64,000 nucleotides of DNA from an uncultured Rhodobacterales bacterium (GCA_965368915.1 CBDUOT010000001.1:672-64671); one strand, 5' to 3'. Positions 1 to 9,970 are shown, counted from the stretch's first letter. Translations and numbers: made by a program. The notes: generated by a model not told the origin, from the sequence alone.

Positions 1-390
1 CTGGGCCTTGGGCGTGAGAATGACCTTCGCGCCGAGCATCCGCATCAGCCTGCGCCGCTCGACCGAGAAACTCTCGGCCATCGTCACGACAAGCGGGTAT
101 CCCTTCTGCGCGCAGACCATCGCAAGACCGATACCCGTATTGCCCGACGTCGCCTCGACAACCGTCTGGCCCGGCTTCAACCGGCCCTCGCGTTCGGCGG
201 CCTCGATGATGTTCACAGCCAGCCTGTCCTTGACCGAGGCGGCCGGATTGTAGGCTTCGGCCTTCACGTAAAGCGTGACGTGGTCGGGACCCAGGTTGTT
301 CACCCGGATCACCGGCGTATCCCCGATCGTGTCGAGCACGCTGTCGAACAGCCGTCCGCGCCCGTTCGTTGTTCTGATCTTGCCAGTCAT
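1..390 (-). CDS. cysK: Cysteine synthase A (O-acetylserine sulfhydrylase), N-terminal part; the 3' end lies beyond the window start
   Basis: Absent from the ORF track because there is no stop in the window. Manual reverse translation from ATG (complement of 388-390) gives MTGKIRTTNGRGRLFDSVLDTIGDTPVIRVNNL...YNPAASVKDRLA...EATSGNTGIGLAMV. This contains the PLP-lysine SVKDR motif and the TSGNTG loop of CysK/CysM. A GGGAGAG Shine-Dalgarno lies just upstream. Confidence 0.85.
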   Translation of the reverse strand, partial: MTGKIRTTNGRGRLFDSVLDTIGDTPVIRVNNLGPDHVTLYVKAEAYNPAASVKDRLAVNIIEAAEREGRLKPGQTVVEATSGNTGIGLAMVCAQKGYPLVVTMAESFSVERRRLMRMLGAKVILTPKAQ

Positions 391-463
391 AGCCACTCTC
401 CCTCGCGCATGTTCGGGGCGACTATACCAGCGCGCGCCGAGTCCCGCGATGGGACTCCACGGT

Positions 464-1546
464 TTACGCGCCGCGACCCCGGTGGCCGGTCTTGTAGTAG
501 CTCCCGGTCCGCGTCTCGAGGTAGGGCATGAGCGGGATCTCTTCCTGCTTGAGGAACCCTTTTGAAGGCAGCGCGCCGTCGCGCACCATCTCGATCACCG
601 CGACGACGGAAGCCGAGGTCGTCCACGCGATTGCGGTGCGCCGTTTCCCCTCGATCTCCAGCGGGTAGTAGGCGCGGACGTATTCCTTCCGTCTGAGCTG
701 CCCTTCGGTCCAACCCTCGGCCGCAACGTGGACGTAGACGACGTCTTCGTCCACCGGCGGCTTCGCGTGGGTCAGGATCTTGCCCGCCATCTCGCGGTTC
801 TCGCGCATCAGAAGCTCATGGAAGAAGAAGTTCATGAGCTGGACATGACCCGGATAGCGCATCGTCTTGTAGTCAAGATTCTCGACCCGGTCGGCATAGG
901 TTTCGCACATCGTGCCAAGCCCGCCGGAGGTGGTGAAGGCTTCAAGCTTCACGCCGTCTATATAGATCGTCTCCAGCCATTCCATCGCGGACACGGTCTT
1001 GTGGACGCCTTCCTCGATCACCTCGCAGTCGTTGAGATACTCGTTCACGACGCCTTCGGGCGACCAGTTGAACGCGTAGCCGAGAAGGCCCGTGGGGTTC
1101 TGCGGCAACGCGCCGACGCGGAGGCGGATCGATCGAGCCTTCTCGAACATGTCGGCCAGATGCGCGCCGACGATGCCGACGAAGCCGGGCGCAAGTCCGC
1201 ATTGCGGGGCCATGATGCCCTTGGCGGTCTTGGCTAGTTCGCGGATATGCTGGGTGGTCGGCACGTCCTCGGTGAGGTCGAAATAATGCAGGCCAAGGCC
1301 ATGCGCGACGGTCGAAATACCGATGTTCAGGTGATACGGCAGGCAGGAAAGAACGGCCTCCTGATCCTTCAGAATGCCTTTCAGACTCTCGGTATCTGTC
1401 AGATCGGCGACCACGACCGGGAAAGGGCAGCCCGAAACCGGGCGGGCGTCCACGCCGGTCACTTCGAACCCCGCCCCTGAAAGAAGTTCTGCCGCAAGAT
1501 GCCCTACCTTACCGAGCCCAAGCACCGCAATTTTTCTGAATGACAT
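464..1546 (-). CDS. Saccharopine dehydrogenase-fold NAD(P) oxidoreductase, putative L-lysine 6-dehydrogenase
   Basis: 360-aa ORF with an N-terminal Rossmann motif KIAVLGLGKVGHLAA. Size and fold fit the saccharopine/lysine dehydrogenase family. It is the last gene of an operon with ALDH7, glutaryl-CoA dehydrogenase and an aminotransferase. The substrate call comes from context only. Confidence 0.65.
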   Translation of the reverse strand: MSFRKIAVLGLGKVGHLAAELLSGAGFEVTGVDARPVSGCPFPVVVADLTDTESLKGILKDQEAVLSCLPYHLNIGISTVAHGLGLHYFDLTEDVPTTQHIRELAKTAKGIMAPQCGLAPGFVGIVGAHLADMFEKARSIRLRVGALPQNPTGLLGYAFNWSPEGVVNEYLNDCEVIEEGVHKTVSAMEWLETIYIDGVKLEAFTTSGGLGTMCETYADRVENLDYKTMRYPGHVQLMNFFFHELLMRENREMAGKILTHAKPPVDEDVVYVHVAAEGWTEGQLRRKEYVRAYYPLEIEGKRRTAIAWTTSASVVAVIEMVRDGALPSKGFLKQEEIPLMPYLETRTGSYYKTGHRGRGA

Positions 1547-1739
1547 CGATACTCTCCTCTTCCGGTCTTGCGTCCAGTCGACCGGTTTCGATTGCTCTCA
1601 TCGTCACATTCGCCTTAGGCGTTGGCGATTTCTCCGGTCATTCCGACGAAATTCGCGCTATTGCGCTAATAAGTGACGGCCCGGCGCGCCATTTCGACGT
1701 GCCGGGCCGCAAAGCAATTCAAGGTGAATCAGAGCCGAT

Positions 1740-3239
1740 TCAAAAGTCGAACTTCACACCCTGCGCCAGAGGCAGCTCAGCCGAGTAGTTCACCGTGTTC
1801 GTCTGCCGCCGCATGTAGCCCTTCCAGGCGTCCGAGCCGCTTTCGCGACCGCCGCCGGTTTCCTTCTCGCCGCCGAACGCACCGCCGATCTCTGCGCCCG
1901 AGGGGCCGATATTGACGTTGGCGATGCCGCAATCGGAACCCGTGGCCGACAGGAAGGTCTCGGCCTCGCGCATGTTCAGGGTGAAAATGCACGAAGACAG
2001 GCCTTGCGGCACGTCGTTGTGCAGCGCGATCGCCTCATCAAGCGTTTCGTAGCCCAGTACGTAGAGGATTGGGGCGAAGGTTTCGGTCCGCACCGTCTCG
2101 GTCTGTTCAGGCATCTCCGCAACGGCGGGAGAGACATAGGCGCCACCCTGCGGCACGCCTTCCGCCACGACCTTGCCCCCGTGAACCATCCCGCCTTCGG
2201 ATTTCGCCTTCTCCAGCGCCGCCTGCATCCGGTCGCGTGACGCGTGGTCAATGAGCGGGCCAACGAGAACGCCTTCCTTGCGTGGGTCGCCGATGGGCAG
2301 GGACGCATAGGCCTTGGTCAGCTTCGCCACCAGATCATCCCTGATCGAATTGTGGACGATCAGTCGGCGAAGCGACGTGCAGCGCTGCCCAGCGGTCCCG
2401 ACGGCCGAAAAGACGATCGCGCGCACTGCCATGTCGAGATCAGCCGAGGGCGCTACGATCATCGCGTTGTTGCCGCCGAGTTCAAGGATCGGGCGACCGA
2501 AACGCGCCATGACCTTCGGACCGACAATTGACCCCATGCGGGTCGAACCGGTGGCCGAGACGATCGGTACGTCCTTGGACTCTACCAGAGCCTCGCCAAT
2601 AGCGGGCCCGCCGACGACCAGCTGGCAAAGCCCCTCGGGTGCGTCTCCGAAGCGCATGAGCGCGCGTTCCATGATCTTCATCGTCGCCATAGCGGTCAGC
2701 GGTGTCTTTTCGGACGGTTTCCAGATCACCGGGTTGCCGCAGATCAGTGCGAGCGCCGCGTTCCACGACCAGACCGCAACCGGGAAATTGAAGGCAGTGA
2801 TAACCGCGCAGGGGCCAAGCGGGTGCCAGGTTTCCATCATCCGGTGGCCGGGGCGTTCAGACGCGATGGTCAACCCGTAGATCTGCCGCGAAAGCCCAAC
2901 GGCAAAATCGCAGATGTCGATCATCTCCTGCACTTCGCCGAGGCCTTCCGACGTGATCTTGCCAGCTTCCAGCGTCACGACGGCACCCAACGCTTCCTTG
3001 GAAGCGCGCAGTTCTTCGCCCAGCAGGCGGACAAGTTCACCCCGGCGAGGGGCGGGAACCTGTCGCCACGCCTTGAAGGCTTCCTGCGCCTGCGCGATCA
3101 CCTTCGGCATGTCAGCCGGGTCGGTTTCGCGGACTTTGGCCACTTCCGCCCCGTCAATCGGCGAATGCACCACAAGCGTCCCGCCCGTCAGCTCCGATTT
3201 TGAAAGGCCCGCGGCCTTCAGCACGTCGTCATGCGTCAT
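1740..3239 (-). CDS. amaB: ALDH7-type aldehyde dehydrogenase (alpha-aminoadipic semialdehyde / piperideine-6-carboxylate dehydrogenase)
   Basis: 499 aa. It has the ELGGNNAMIV catalytic-Glu region, GQRCTSLRRL catalytic Cys, and the antiquitin-like C-terminus GGEKETGGGRESGSDAWKGYMRRQTNTVNY. Confidence 0.85.
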   Translation of the reverse strand: MTHDDVLKAAGLSKSELTGGTLVVHSPIDGAEVAKVRETDPADMPKVIAQAQEAFKAWRQVPAPRRGELVRLLGEELRASKEALGAVVTLEAGKITSEGLGEVQEMIDICDFAVGLSRQIYGLTIASERPGHRMMETWHPLGPCAVITAFNFPVAVWSWNAALALICGNPVIWKPSEKTPLTAMATMKIMERALMRFGDAPEGLCQLVVGGPAIGEALVESKDVPIVSATGSTRMGSIVGPKVMARFGRPILELGGNNAMIVAPSADLDMAVRAIVFSAVGTAGQRCTSLRRLIVHNSIRDDLVAKLTKAYASLPIGDPRKEGVLVGPLIDHASRDRMQAALEKAKSEGGMVHGGKVVAEGVPQGGAYVSPAVAEMPEQTETVRTETFAPILYVLGYETLDEAIALHNDVPQGLSSCIFTLNMREAETFLSATGSDCGIANVNIGPSGAEIGGAFGGEKETGGGRESGSDAWKGYMRRQTNTVNYSAELPLAQGVKFDF

Positions 3240-3240
3240 G

Positions 3241-4278
3241 TCAGTCTCCCTTGATGACGGAGGTCCGCTGATCTTCCATTCCCATGGAGACCAAGAGCGG
3301 CTCCGCCTGTTGGCGCGTTTGAAAATCAGTCTTGGAGCCCATACCGCGCCAGTCCGAAAGGATCAGGGACTGGGCGACGGCCCCGCCCAGCGTCGTGCCG
3401 GGGCCTGTGATGATGAAAAGGTCGGGCGCGAATTCGCGCGCCGCGATCCGGATCGCATGGGTGAAATCGTAGGTCTCGGTCACTTGGTGCCCCAAAGTGT
3501 AGTCCCAGAGCGCATCGACATCGGTCGCACCGGGCCACCAGATGGCGCCACGCCCGTCGATCAGTGGCAATTCGGGCTGACCGAAGAGCGAGGGTGAGAG
3601 CCGCGCGCGGCCACGCTCAGCGACCGGTGTCTGAAGCTGCGAATGAAATGCGGCGTGATTGGCCAGTCGCATCGGGAATCGACCCTGTACCTGCGGAACG
3701 GCGACTTCGAACGCGGTCAAACCCGCTTCGTTACCGGCCAGAACCAGCATTCCTCCGAGGTCGATCGACAGGGTCAGAACGTGCCCCTCTCGCTTGGCAA
3801 TTTCCGTCACAAGCGCAAGTAGCTCTGCCTTGCGGCCGGGATCGGAACGCCAGTCCTCGTCCACGAACGGATAGATAAGCTGCCCACCGATCAGGGCTTC
3901 CTGCATAAGGGTGCCCATCGTGTTGGTAACCTCGAAGCCAGCTTCTGCGGAAAGCGCGCCACCACAGGCGAGCGCGGAGTACCAGCCCATCGAGTTGCCG
4001 GTTACGGCGACGACGTCGATCTTGCCGGCGTCGATGGAACGGAAATCCCCCAGCGTGGCCGCATAGATTAACGCCGAGGCATTGTCGCCCCGCGTGTGCT
4101 TCGCAACGGAATAGGTTGCTGCGCCGTCGAGAGACGATAGCGATTCTTGCCCCATACCCTCGCGAGTGCGGTCGAACGCCCCGAGAAGCGCGCGGTCGCC
4201 GAAGTGCCGCTTCAGATAGCCAAGTTCGGTCTTCGTGTAGGTGCCTCGCCCCGGGCAGATGACGACGGCGGTTCTCAT
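3241..4278 (-). CDS. FabD-like acyltransferase (malonyl-CoA:ACP transacylase superfamily) of unknown substrate
   Basis: 345 aa. The nucleophile elbow GNSMGWYSALACGG (GxSxG) and a downstream HAAFHSQL histidine match the FabD Ser-His dyad. Its start overlaps the stop of the upstream E1 gene by 4 nt (ATGA on the minus strand). Its stop is 1 nt from the amaB start. Confidence 0.7.
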   Translation of the reverse strand: MRTAVVICPGRGTYTKTELGYLKRHFGDRALLGAFDRTREGMGQESLSSLDGAATYSVAKHTRGDNASALIYAATLGDFRSIDAGKIDVVAVTGNSMGWYSALACGGALSAEAGFEVTNTMGTLMQEALIGGQLIYPFVDEDWRSDPGRKAELLALVTEIAKREGHVLTLSIDLGGMLVLAGNEAGLTAFEVAVPQVQGRFPMRLANHAAFHSQLQTPVAERGRARLSPSLFGQPELPLIDGRGAIWWPGATDVDALWDYTLGHQVTETYDFTHAIRIAAREFAPDLFIITGPGTTLGGAVAQSLILSDWRGMGSKTDFQTRQQAEPLLVSMGMEDQRTSVIKGD

Positions 4279-6464
4279 TTCGCCCCTCCGACCATCGACA
4301 TTGCAACATCGTAGATGCCGTCTGCGGACGGCATCGTGGCGGCATAGGCCGGGCCTGTCGCGATGAAGCTGTCTTCGGCGGTCAGGCGGGCATGTGGCAC
4401 ATCGGCGCGCTCGGTGAAAAGCGCCATGAGCGCTTCTGCGATGCCGCCGGATCGGCGTGTTTCGTCAACGATCAGGATGCGCTCTGCCCCGCCCACGGCC
4501 TGGATCAACGCGTCCGCGGGCAAGGGCGACAGCCAGCGCATGTCGATCACCCGAGCCTTGACGCCGCTTTCGGCAAGCCGCCGTTCAGCCTGCCGCGAAA
4601 GATAATAGCCGTTCCCAAACGTCACGATTGCAAGATCTTTGCCGTCGCCGTGCACCCCGACCTCGCCCAGCGAAATCACCTCATTTTGGGCAGGATAGAC
4701 ACTCATCCAGCCGCCATCCTTCTCTGCGTGAAGGTCCCGCATGGGGTAAAGCGCGATGGGCTCCAGGAATACCACGACCCGCTGCTCCTCCCGCGCAAGG
4801 CGCACGCTTTCGCGCAGCATCCTCGCCGCGTCCGCGCCGTTCGATGGGCATGCGAAGATCACTCCGGGGATGTCGCGGATCACGGCGACCGAGTTGTCGT
4901 TATGGAAGTGACCACCAAAGCCCTTCTGATAGCCAAGCCCCGCAATCCTGAGGACCATAGGATTCGTAAACTGACCGTTCGAGAAGAAGGGTAAGGTCGC
5001 CGCCTCGCCCCTGATCTGATCCTCCGCATTGTGCAGGTAGGCGAGGAACTGAATCTCCGGCATCGGAACGAAGCCGTTCTGCGCCATGCCGATGGCGAGG
5101 CCGAGGATCGACTGTTCGTCGAGAAGCGTGTCGATCATGCGGTCCGGCCCGAAGCGCTGGGTGAGCTTCTGGGTCACACCGTAGACGCCCCCTTTCCGGC
5201 CGACGTCCTCGCCCATCATCACGATCTCGGGGTGTTCCAGCATCAGGTCGGTCAGCGCCCAATTGATAAGCCGCGACATGATCTGGGGCTCTTTCATCGC
5301 CTTGAGGTCGCTGCCAAACGCAGCTTCCCGCGCCTCGGCTGCGGGCCCGTTGGTCGGGCGGCAAGCCCGCTTGGGTGGGATCAGGCTCGCCATGACATCA
5401 TTGGCCGTCTTCAGTCTTGGCCTTTTCACCGCCTCGCCAGCGATCCGCGTTACACGGGCATTCGTCTCCTTGTAGATCCTGAGCGCACCTTCGGGCGCCA
5501 GCGCACCGGCCTGATCCATCAGCCGAACCGAATGCAGAAGCGGGTCGTTCGCCTCCTCGGCTTCGACCTCATCTCGGCTGAGATAGGTTGTGGGGACGTC
5601 AGCGCCCGCATGACCGTAAAGACGTACGGTGCCGACGTGCAGGAATGCCGGCTTTTTCCGCGTGCGGACGTAATGCGCGGCTTCCGACGCCACCCGGAAC
5701 GTCTCGTAGATATCCAACCCGTTGCAATGGAAGTATTTAAGCCCCGGCCGATTTTGAAAGGTGGCTGCGATCCAGCCGGTCGGCGTCTTCGTCGAAATCC
5801 CGATCCCGTTGTCTTCGCAGACGAAGAGAAGCGGCAGGGGGATCGACTGATAAGCAGTCCACTGCGCGGTGTTGAACGCCCCTTGCGCAGTAGAGTGGTT
5901 TGCCGATGCGTCACCGAATGAGCAGTAAACGATAGCATCCTCAGACATCGACTGATGTTCAGGCTTGTGCCGCCGCGCCGCGCCGATTGCGTAGGCGGCC
6001 CCTACCGCTTTCGGCAGGTGCGAGGCGATGGTCGATGTCTGAGGCGGGATGTTCAGAGCCTTGGAACCAAGAACCTTGTGCCGTCCGCCGGAAATGGGGT
6101 CGTCCGACGAGGCCGCGAAGCTCAGAAGCATGTCCCAGGCAATGGACTGGCCGGGAACCTGCCCCGCGCGCGCGATCTGAAAGGCCGCGTCCCGGTAGTG
6201 CAGAAACGCCATGTCGGTGGGGCGCAGGGCCGTAGCCACAGCCGCCATACCCTCATGCCCGGACGAGCCGATCGTATAGAACCCTTGCCCGGCCTTCTGC
6301 ATTGCGCGGCTTTCCCGGTCGAGCGCACGGCTCAGGCAGGCCGCACGGTAGATCGCGACCGCGTCGACAGGCGCAAGCGGGCCGGATGGGGGCGCACCGG
6401 CCGGAAGATCAGCCGCCGCGACACGCCTCAGGAAGTTTTCGTGAACGATCTCGGCGCGGTCCAT
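4275..6464 (-). CDS. Fused thiamine-diphosphate-dependent 2-oxoacid dehydrogenase E1 component (alpha and beta subunits in one polypeptide)
   Basis: 729 aa. The N-terminal half carries the TPP-binding motif GDASANHSTAQGAFNTA...CEDNGIGIS. The C-terminal half (INWALTDLMLEHPEIVMMGEDVG...DTLLDEQSILGLAIGMA) is a transketolase-like pyrimidine-binding / E1-beta module. Confidence 0.8.
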   Translation of the reverse strand: MDRAEIVHENFLRRVAAADLPAGAPPSGPLAPVDAVAIYRAACLSRALDRESRAMQKAGQGFYTIGSSGHEGMAAVATALRPTDMAFLHYRDAAFQIARAGQVPGQSIAWDMLLSFAASSDDPISGGRHKVLGSKALNIPPQTSTIASHLPKAVGAAYAIGAARRHKPEHQSMSEDAIVYCSFGDASANHSTAQGAFNTAQWTAYQSIPLPLLFVCEDNGIGISTKTPTGWIAATFQNRPGLKYFHCNGLDIYETFRVASEAAHYVRTRKKPAFLHVGTVRLYGHAGADVPTTYLSRDEVEAEEANDPLLHSVRLMDQAGALAPEGALRIYKETNARVTRIAGEAVKRPRLKTANDVMASLIPPKRACRPTNGPAAEAREAAFGSDLKAMKEPQIMSRLINWALTDLMLEHPEIVMMGEDVGRKGGVYGVTQKLTQRFGPDRMIDTLLDEQSILGLAIGMAQNGFVPMPEIQFLAYLHNAEDQIRGEAATLPFFSNGQFTNPMVLRIAGLGYQKGFGGHFHNDNSVAVIRDIPGVIFACPSNGADAARMLRESVRLAREEQRVVVFLEPIALYPMRDLHAEKDGGWMSVYPAQNEVISLGEVGVHGDGKDLAIVTFGNGYYLSRQAERRLAESGVKARVIDMRWLSPLPADALIQAVGGAERILIVDETRRSGGIAEALMALFTERADVPHARLTAEDSFIATGPAYAATMPSADGIYDVAMSMVGGAK

Positions 6465-6505
6465 GCTCTCACCTGCTTGCCTTTACCTTGTTTGAGCAAT
6501 GGAAC

Positions 6506-7714
6506 TCAGAAAAACGCCTGAAGCCCCGTGATCGCGCGCCCGAGGATAAGCGCATGCACGTCGTGCGTGCCTTCGTAGGTGTTCACGGTTTCAAGGTTCA
6601 TCGCATGGCGCATGATCTGGAACTCCTCCTGAATACCGTTCCCGCCATGCATGTCGCGCGCCATCCGGGCGATATCCAAGGCCTTGCCGCAATTGTTGCG
6701 CTTGACGATAGAGATCATCTCGGGCGCGGCCTTTGCCTCGTCCATCAACCGACCGACACGCAAGCTGGCCTGCAGGCCGAGCGATATCTCCGTCATCATG
6801 TCGGCCAACTTCTTTTGGTAGAGCTGGGTCTGTGCCAACGGACGATTGAACTGCTTCCGGTCGAGACCGTATTGCCGGGCGGCATGCCAGCAGAACTCGG
6901 CCGCACCCAAAACGCCCCAGGAAATGCCGTAGCGCGCCCGGTTTAGACAGCCGAACGGCCCTTTCAGACCCTCGACATTCGGCAACAGGGCGTCCTCGCC
7001 GACCTCGACATTCTCCATTACGATCTCGCCCGTAATCGAGGCGCGAAGCGAGAGTTTCCCGCCGATCTTTGGCGCGGACAGACCCTTCATTCCCTTGTCG
7101 AGCACGAAACCACGGATCTTGCCACCATGGGCATCGGACTTCGCCCACACAACGAAGACGTCCGCGATGGGGGCATTCGAGATCCACATCTTCGACCCGT
7201 TCAGGACGTAGCCGCTTTCAGTCTTCGTCGCGCGGGTTTTCATACCCGCCGGGTCCGAGCCTGCGTCGGGTTCGGTCAGGCCGAAGCAGCCTATGAATTC
7301 GCCTGATGCCAGTTTAGGCAGGTATTTCTTCCGCTGCTCCTCGGATCCGTAGGCATAGATCGGATACATCACCAGCGAGGACTGCACAGACATCATCGAC
7401 CGATAGCCACTGTCGACGCGCTCCACCTCGCGCGCAACGAGCCCGTAGGAGACATAGGAGGCGCCGATCCCGCCGTACTCTTCCGGGACCGTGACGCCGA
7501 GCAGCCCCATTTCTCCCATTTCGCGAAAGATGTCGGGATCGGTCGTCTCTTCTCGATACGCGTCGATGACGCGGGTCTGAAGCTTCTCCTGCGCGTAAGC
7601 GCGCGCACCGTCGCGCAGCATTCTCTCTTCTTCCGAAAGCTGATCATCGAGTCGGAAGGCATCTTCCCAGTCAAAGCGCGACAGGTCGGGGGCGTCTTTG
7701 GGTTTCAAAGCCAT
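6506..7714 (-). CDS. gcdH: Glutaryl-CoA dehydrogenase
   Basis: 402-aa acyl-CoA dehydrogenase with the GcdH-typical N-terminus [32 protein letters not shown] and the C-terminal motif [18 protein letters not shown]. Confidence 0.85.
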   Translation of the reverse strand: MALKPKDAPDLSRFDWEDAFRLDDQLSEEERMLRDGARAYAQEKLQTRVIDAYREETTDPDIFREMGEMGLLGVTVPEEYGGIGASYVSYGLVAREVERVDSGYRSMMSVQSSLVMYPIYAYGSEEQRKKYLPKLASGEFIGCFGLTEPDAGSDPAGMKTRATKTESGYVLNGSKMWISNAPIADVFVVWAKSDAHGGKIRGFVLDKGMKGLSAPKIGGKLSLRASITGEIVMENVEVGEDALLPNVEGLKGPFGCLNRARYGISWGVLGAAEFCWHAARQYGLDRKQFNRPLAQTQLYQKKLADMMTEISLGLQASLRVGRLMDEAKAAPEMISIVKRNNCGKALDIARMARDMHGGNGIQEEFQIMRHAMNLETVNTYEGTHDVHALILGRAITGLQAFF

Positions 7715-7721
7715 GGGGTCC

Positions 7722-8927
7722 TCATCTGAGCGATGCGCAGAAACGCGCGATTCGGTTTGATGCCTCGTTCAGGGAGGCGTGGGAATAGGCGTAAGAGAGC
7801 CGAACGTGGCCCGGTGTACCAAAGGCACGGCCGGGGACGAGCGCCACGCCTTCTTCTTCAAGCAGAGCTTCGCAGAAATCCGCATCAGTCTCGATTCGTC
7901 GGCCCCTCGCAGTGGTTTTGCCAAAGGCCGCTGTGCAATCCGGGAACAGATAGAAAGCGCCGTCGGCAGTATCGCATTGGAGGATCCCACTCGTGTTGAG
8001 CCGTTCCGCCAGCATGTCCCGGCGCGCGCGGAAGTCGTCGCACCTTTCCGCGAGAAGCTGCTGGTCGCCAGTCAGAGCGGCAGCGGCGGCAGCCTGACTG
8101 ACAGAAGTTGCGCCAGAAGTGATCTGGCTCTGAATCGCAAGCATCGCCGCGGTCAGACGCTTTGGTCCGATCCCCCAACCGATGCGCCAGCCGGTCATTG
8201 CGTAGCTCTTGGACACACCATTCACGATCAGCGTCCTGTCGGCCAAGTCAGGCGCGACGGCGCGGAAGGAATGGAAGGGAACATAAGAAATGTGCTGGTA
8301 GATCTCATCGATCATGATGCCGACATGCGGTGCGTCGCGCAGAACGTCCGCAAGCGCTTCAAGATCGTCCTTTGAGTAAACCGCACCGGACGGATTGGAC
8401 GGTGAGTTTAGCAGCAGCCATCGCGTCCTAGGCCCGATTGCGGCGCGAAGCTGCTCTGGCGTGACGCGAAAGCCGGTGTCTGCGGTTGTTGGAAGCACAA
8501 CCGGCTTACCGTCGCAGACCGTGATAATGTCGGGATAGCTTGTCCAGTAGGGCGCGACGATCAGAACCTCGTCTCCGGGGTCAAGCGTTGCCGCGAATGC
8601 GTTGTATAGAACCTGCTTTGCGCCGGTGCAGACTATGATTTCACCGATTTCAGGCTTGTAGCCGCTCTCCCGCTGGCAAGCTTCGGCAATGGCGCTGCGA
8701 AGCTCGATCGTCCCGGCGGTGAGCGTATAGATCGTCTCACCTGCCAAGGCGGCCTCGTGCGCCGCCTCGATCACATGCGAAGGCGTGGGGAAGTCCGGTT
8801 CCCCGGTGCCGAGCGTAATGACGTCGCGGCCTTCTCGCTGCAGCGCTTCTGCCAATTCGGAAATCTTCAGGATCTCTGAAAGCTCAACCGCGTTGATGCG
8901 CGCAGAGCGGCGGAACGGATCGGACAT
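7722..8927 (-). CDS. Class I/II pyridoxal-phosphate aminotransferase (aspartate-aminotransferase-like; candidate 2-aminoadipate transaminase)
   Basis: 401 aa with the NSPSNPSG motif and PLP-lysine motif [12 protein letters not shown]. First gene of the lysine-catabolic operon. The substrate is inferred from context. Confidence 0.8.
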   Translation of the reverse strand: MSDPFRRSARINAVELSEILKISELAEALQREGRDVITLGTGEPDFPTPSHVIEAAHEAALAGETIYTLTAGTIELRSAIAEACQRESGYKPEIGEIIVCTGAKQVLYNAFAATLDPGDEVLIVAPYWTSYPDIITVCDGKPVVLPTTADTGFRVTPEQLRAAIGPRTRWLLLNSPSNPSGAVYSKDDLEALADVLRDAPHVGIMIDEIYQHISYVPFHSFRAVAPDLADRTLIVNGVSKSYAMTGWRIGWGIGPKRLTAAMLAIQSQITSGATSVSQAAAAAALTGDQQLLAERCDDFRARRDMLAERLNTSGILQCDTADGAFYLFPDCTAAFGKTTARGRRIETDADFCEALLEEEGVALVPGRAFGTPGHVRLSYAYSHASLNEASNRIARFCASLR

Positions 8928-9021
8928 GGCGCGGACTCACTTAGCCTTTTATGCATTATGGGCCATTGTTCCTGCCATTGGGATCGCTATTCTCACGCTA
9001 TTATATGCATGGAGCTCATAC
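8928..9021. promoter_or_regulatory. Divergent promoter/operator region between the lysine operon and its LysR regulator
   Basis: This is a locally AT-rich stretch in a high-GC genome. It contains direct repeats GCCATTG (8962-8968 and 8974-8980) and two ATGCAT motifs (8951-8956 and 9005-9010). No binding has been demonstrated. Confidence 0.35.
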
Positions 9022-9939
9022 TTGGCGACGCCCCGACGGCTTCTTCCGTCCATCTCTCTGCTTACGGCCTTTGAGTCGGTGATCCGCACCGGTTCGACGC
9101 TTGCGGCGGCGCAGGACCTCGACCTGACGCAAGGCGCGGTCAGCCGTTTGATACAGAACCTCGAGTCGCAACTCGGCGTAACTCTTTTTCTCCGCGAAAG
9201 GCGAAGGCTGGTGCCGACTGACCATGCGCTGGCTTATGCACGCGACGTCGCAAAAGCACTTGATCTGATCTCGCGGGGTTCTATGCGCGTTCGGTCCAGC
9301 ACAGGGGGCGGAACCTTGTCCTTGGCGATCCTGCCGACGTTCGGCACCCGCTGGCTGGCACCGCGGCTGCCGCGGTTCCTGGCCGAGCATCCGGGCATCA
9401 CGATCAATCTTGGGACGCGCCTCAAACCCTTCGATTTTGAAGAAGAAGGATACGATGCGGCGATCCACTACGGAGAACAGAATTGGGCTGGAACAGGGTC
9501 TATAAAGCTCTTTGATGAGCGGCTCGTGGCATGTTGTGCGCCGTCGTTTCTTGCCAAGCAGTCCGTCTCTTCCGCGCGGGACCTGATCGGCTTTCCCCTC
9601 TTGCAGCTCGAAACGCGCCCGAACGCCTGGTCGTCTTGGTTTTCCCATCACGGCGTCACCGAGAACGTGCCCCAAGGCATGCTCTTCGACCAATTCGCCC
9701 CGATGATTCAGGCGGTTATCCACGGGCTCGGCGTCGCGTTGCTGCCCGAATTCCTCGCCAAGCCCGAGCTTGCCGAGGGGCGTCTTGTTGAAATCCTTGG
9801 GGGATCGGTCCGGGGTGAGGGAAGCTATTACCTTGTCTGGCCCTCTGTCGGGGCATGGTATCCGCCGCTTCAAGCCTTTCGCGACTGGCTTCAGACGGAA
9901 GCTGCCGACCCGGACGGGACAGAGATGCTGCCCCGTTGA
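9022..9939 (+). CDS. LysR-family transcriptional regulator (GcvA-like)
   Basis: The HTH region reads LLPSISLLTAFESVIRTGSTLAAAQDLDLTQGAVSRLIQNLESQLGVTLFLR and is followed by a LysR substrate-binding domain. The track ORF starts at 8785, but that extension is antisense to the aminotransferase gene. I favour in-frame TTG 9022 (305 aa). ATG 8926 is the alternative. Confidence 0.8.
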   Translation: MATPRRLLPSISLLTAFESVIRTGSTLAAAQDLDLTQGAVSRLIQNLESQLGVTLFLRERRRLVPTDHALAYARDVAKALDLISRGSMRVRSSTGGGTLSLAILPTFGTRWLAPRLPRFLAEHPGITINLGTRLKPFDFEEEGYDAAIHYGEQNWAGTGSIKLFDERLVACCAPSFLAKQSVSSARDLIGFPLLQLETRPNAWSSWFSHHGVTENVPQGMLFDQFAPMIQAVIHGLGVALLPEFLAKPELAEGRLVEILGGSVRGEGSYYLVWPSVGAWYPPLQAFRDWLQTEAADPDGTEMLPR

Positions 9940-9970
9940 CGTTTTCGGGTGGGAAGATCACCTTCAGCCA

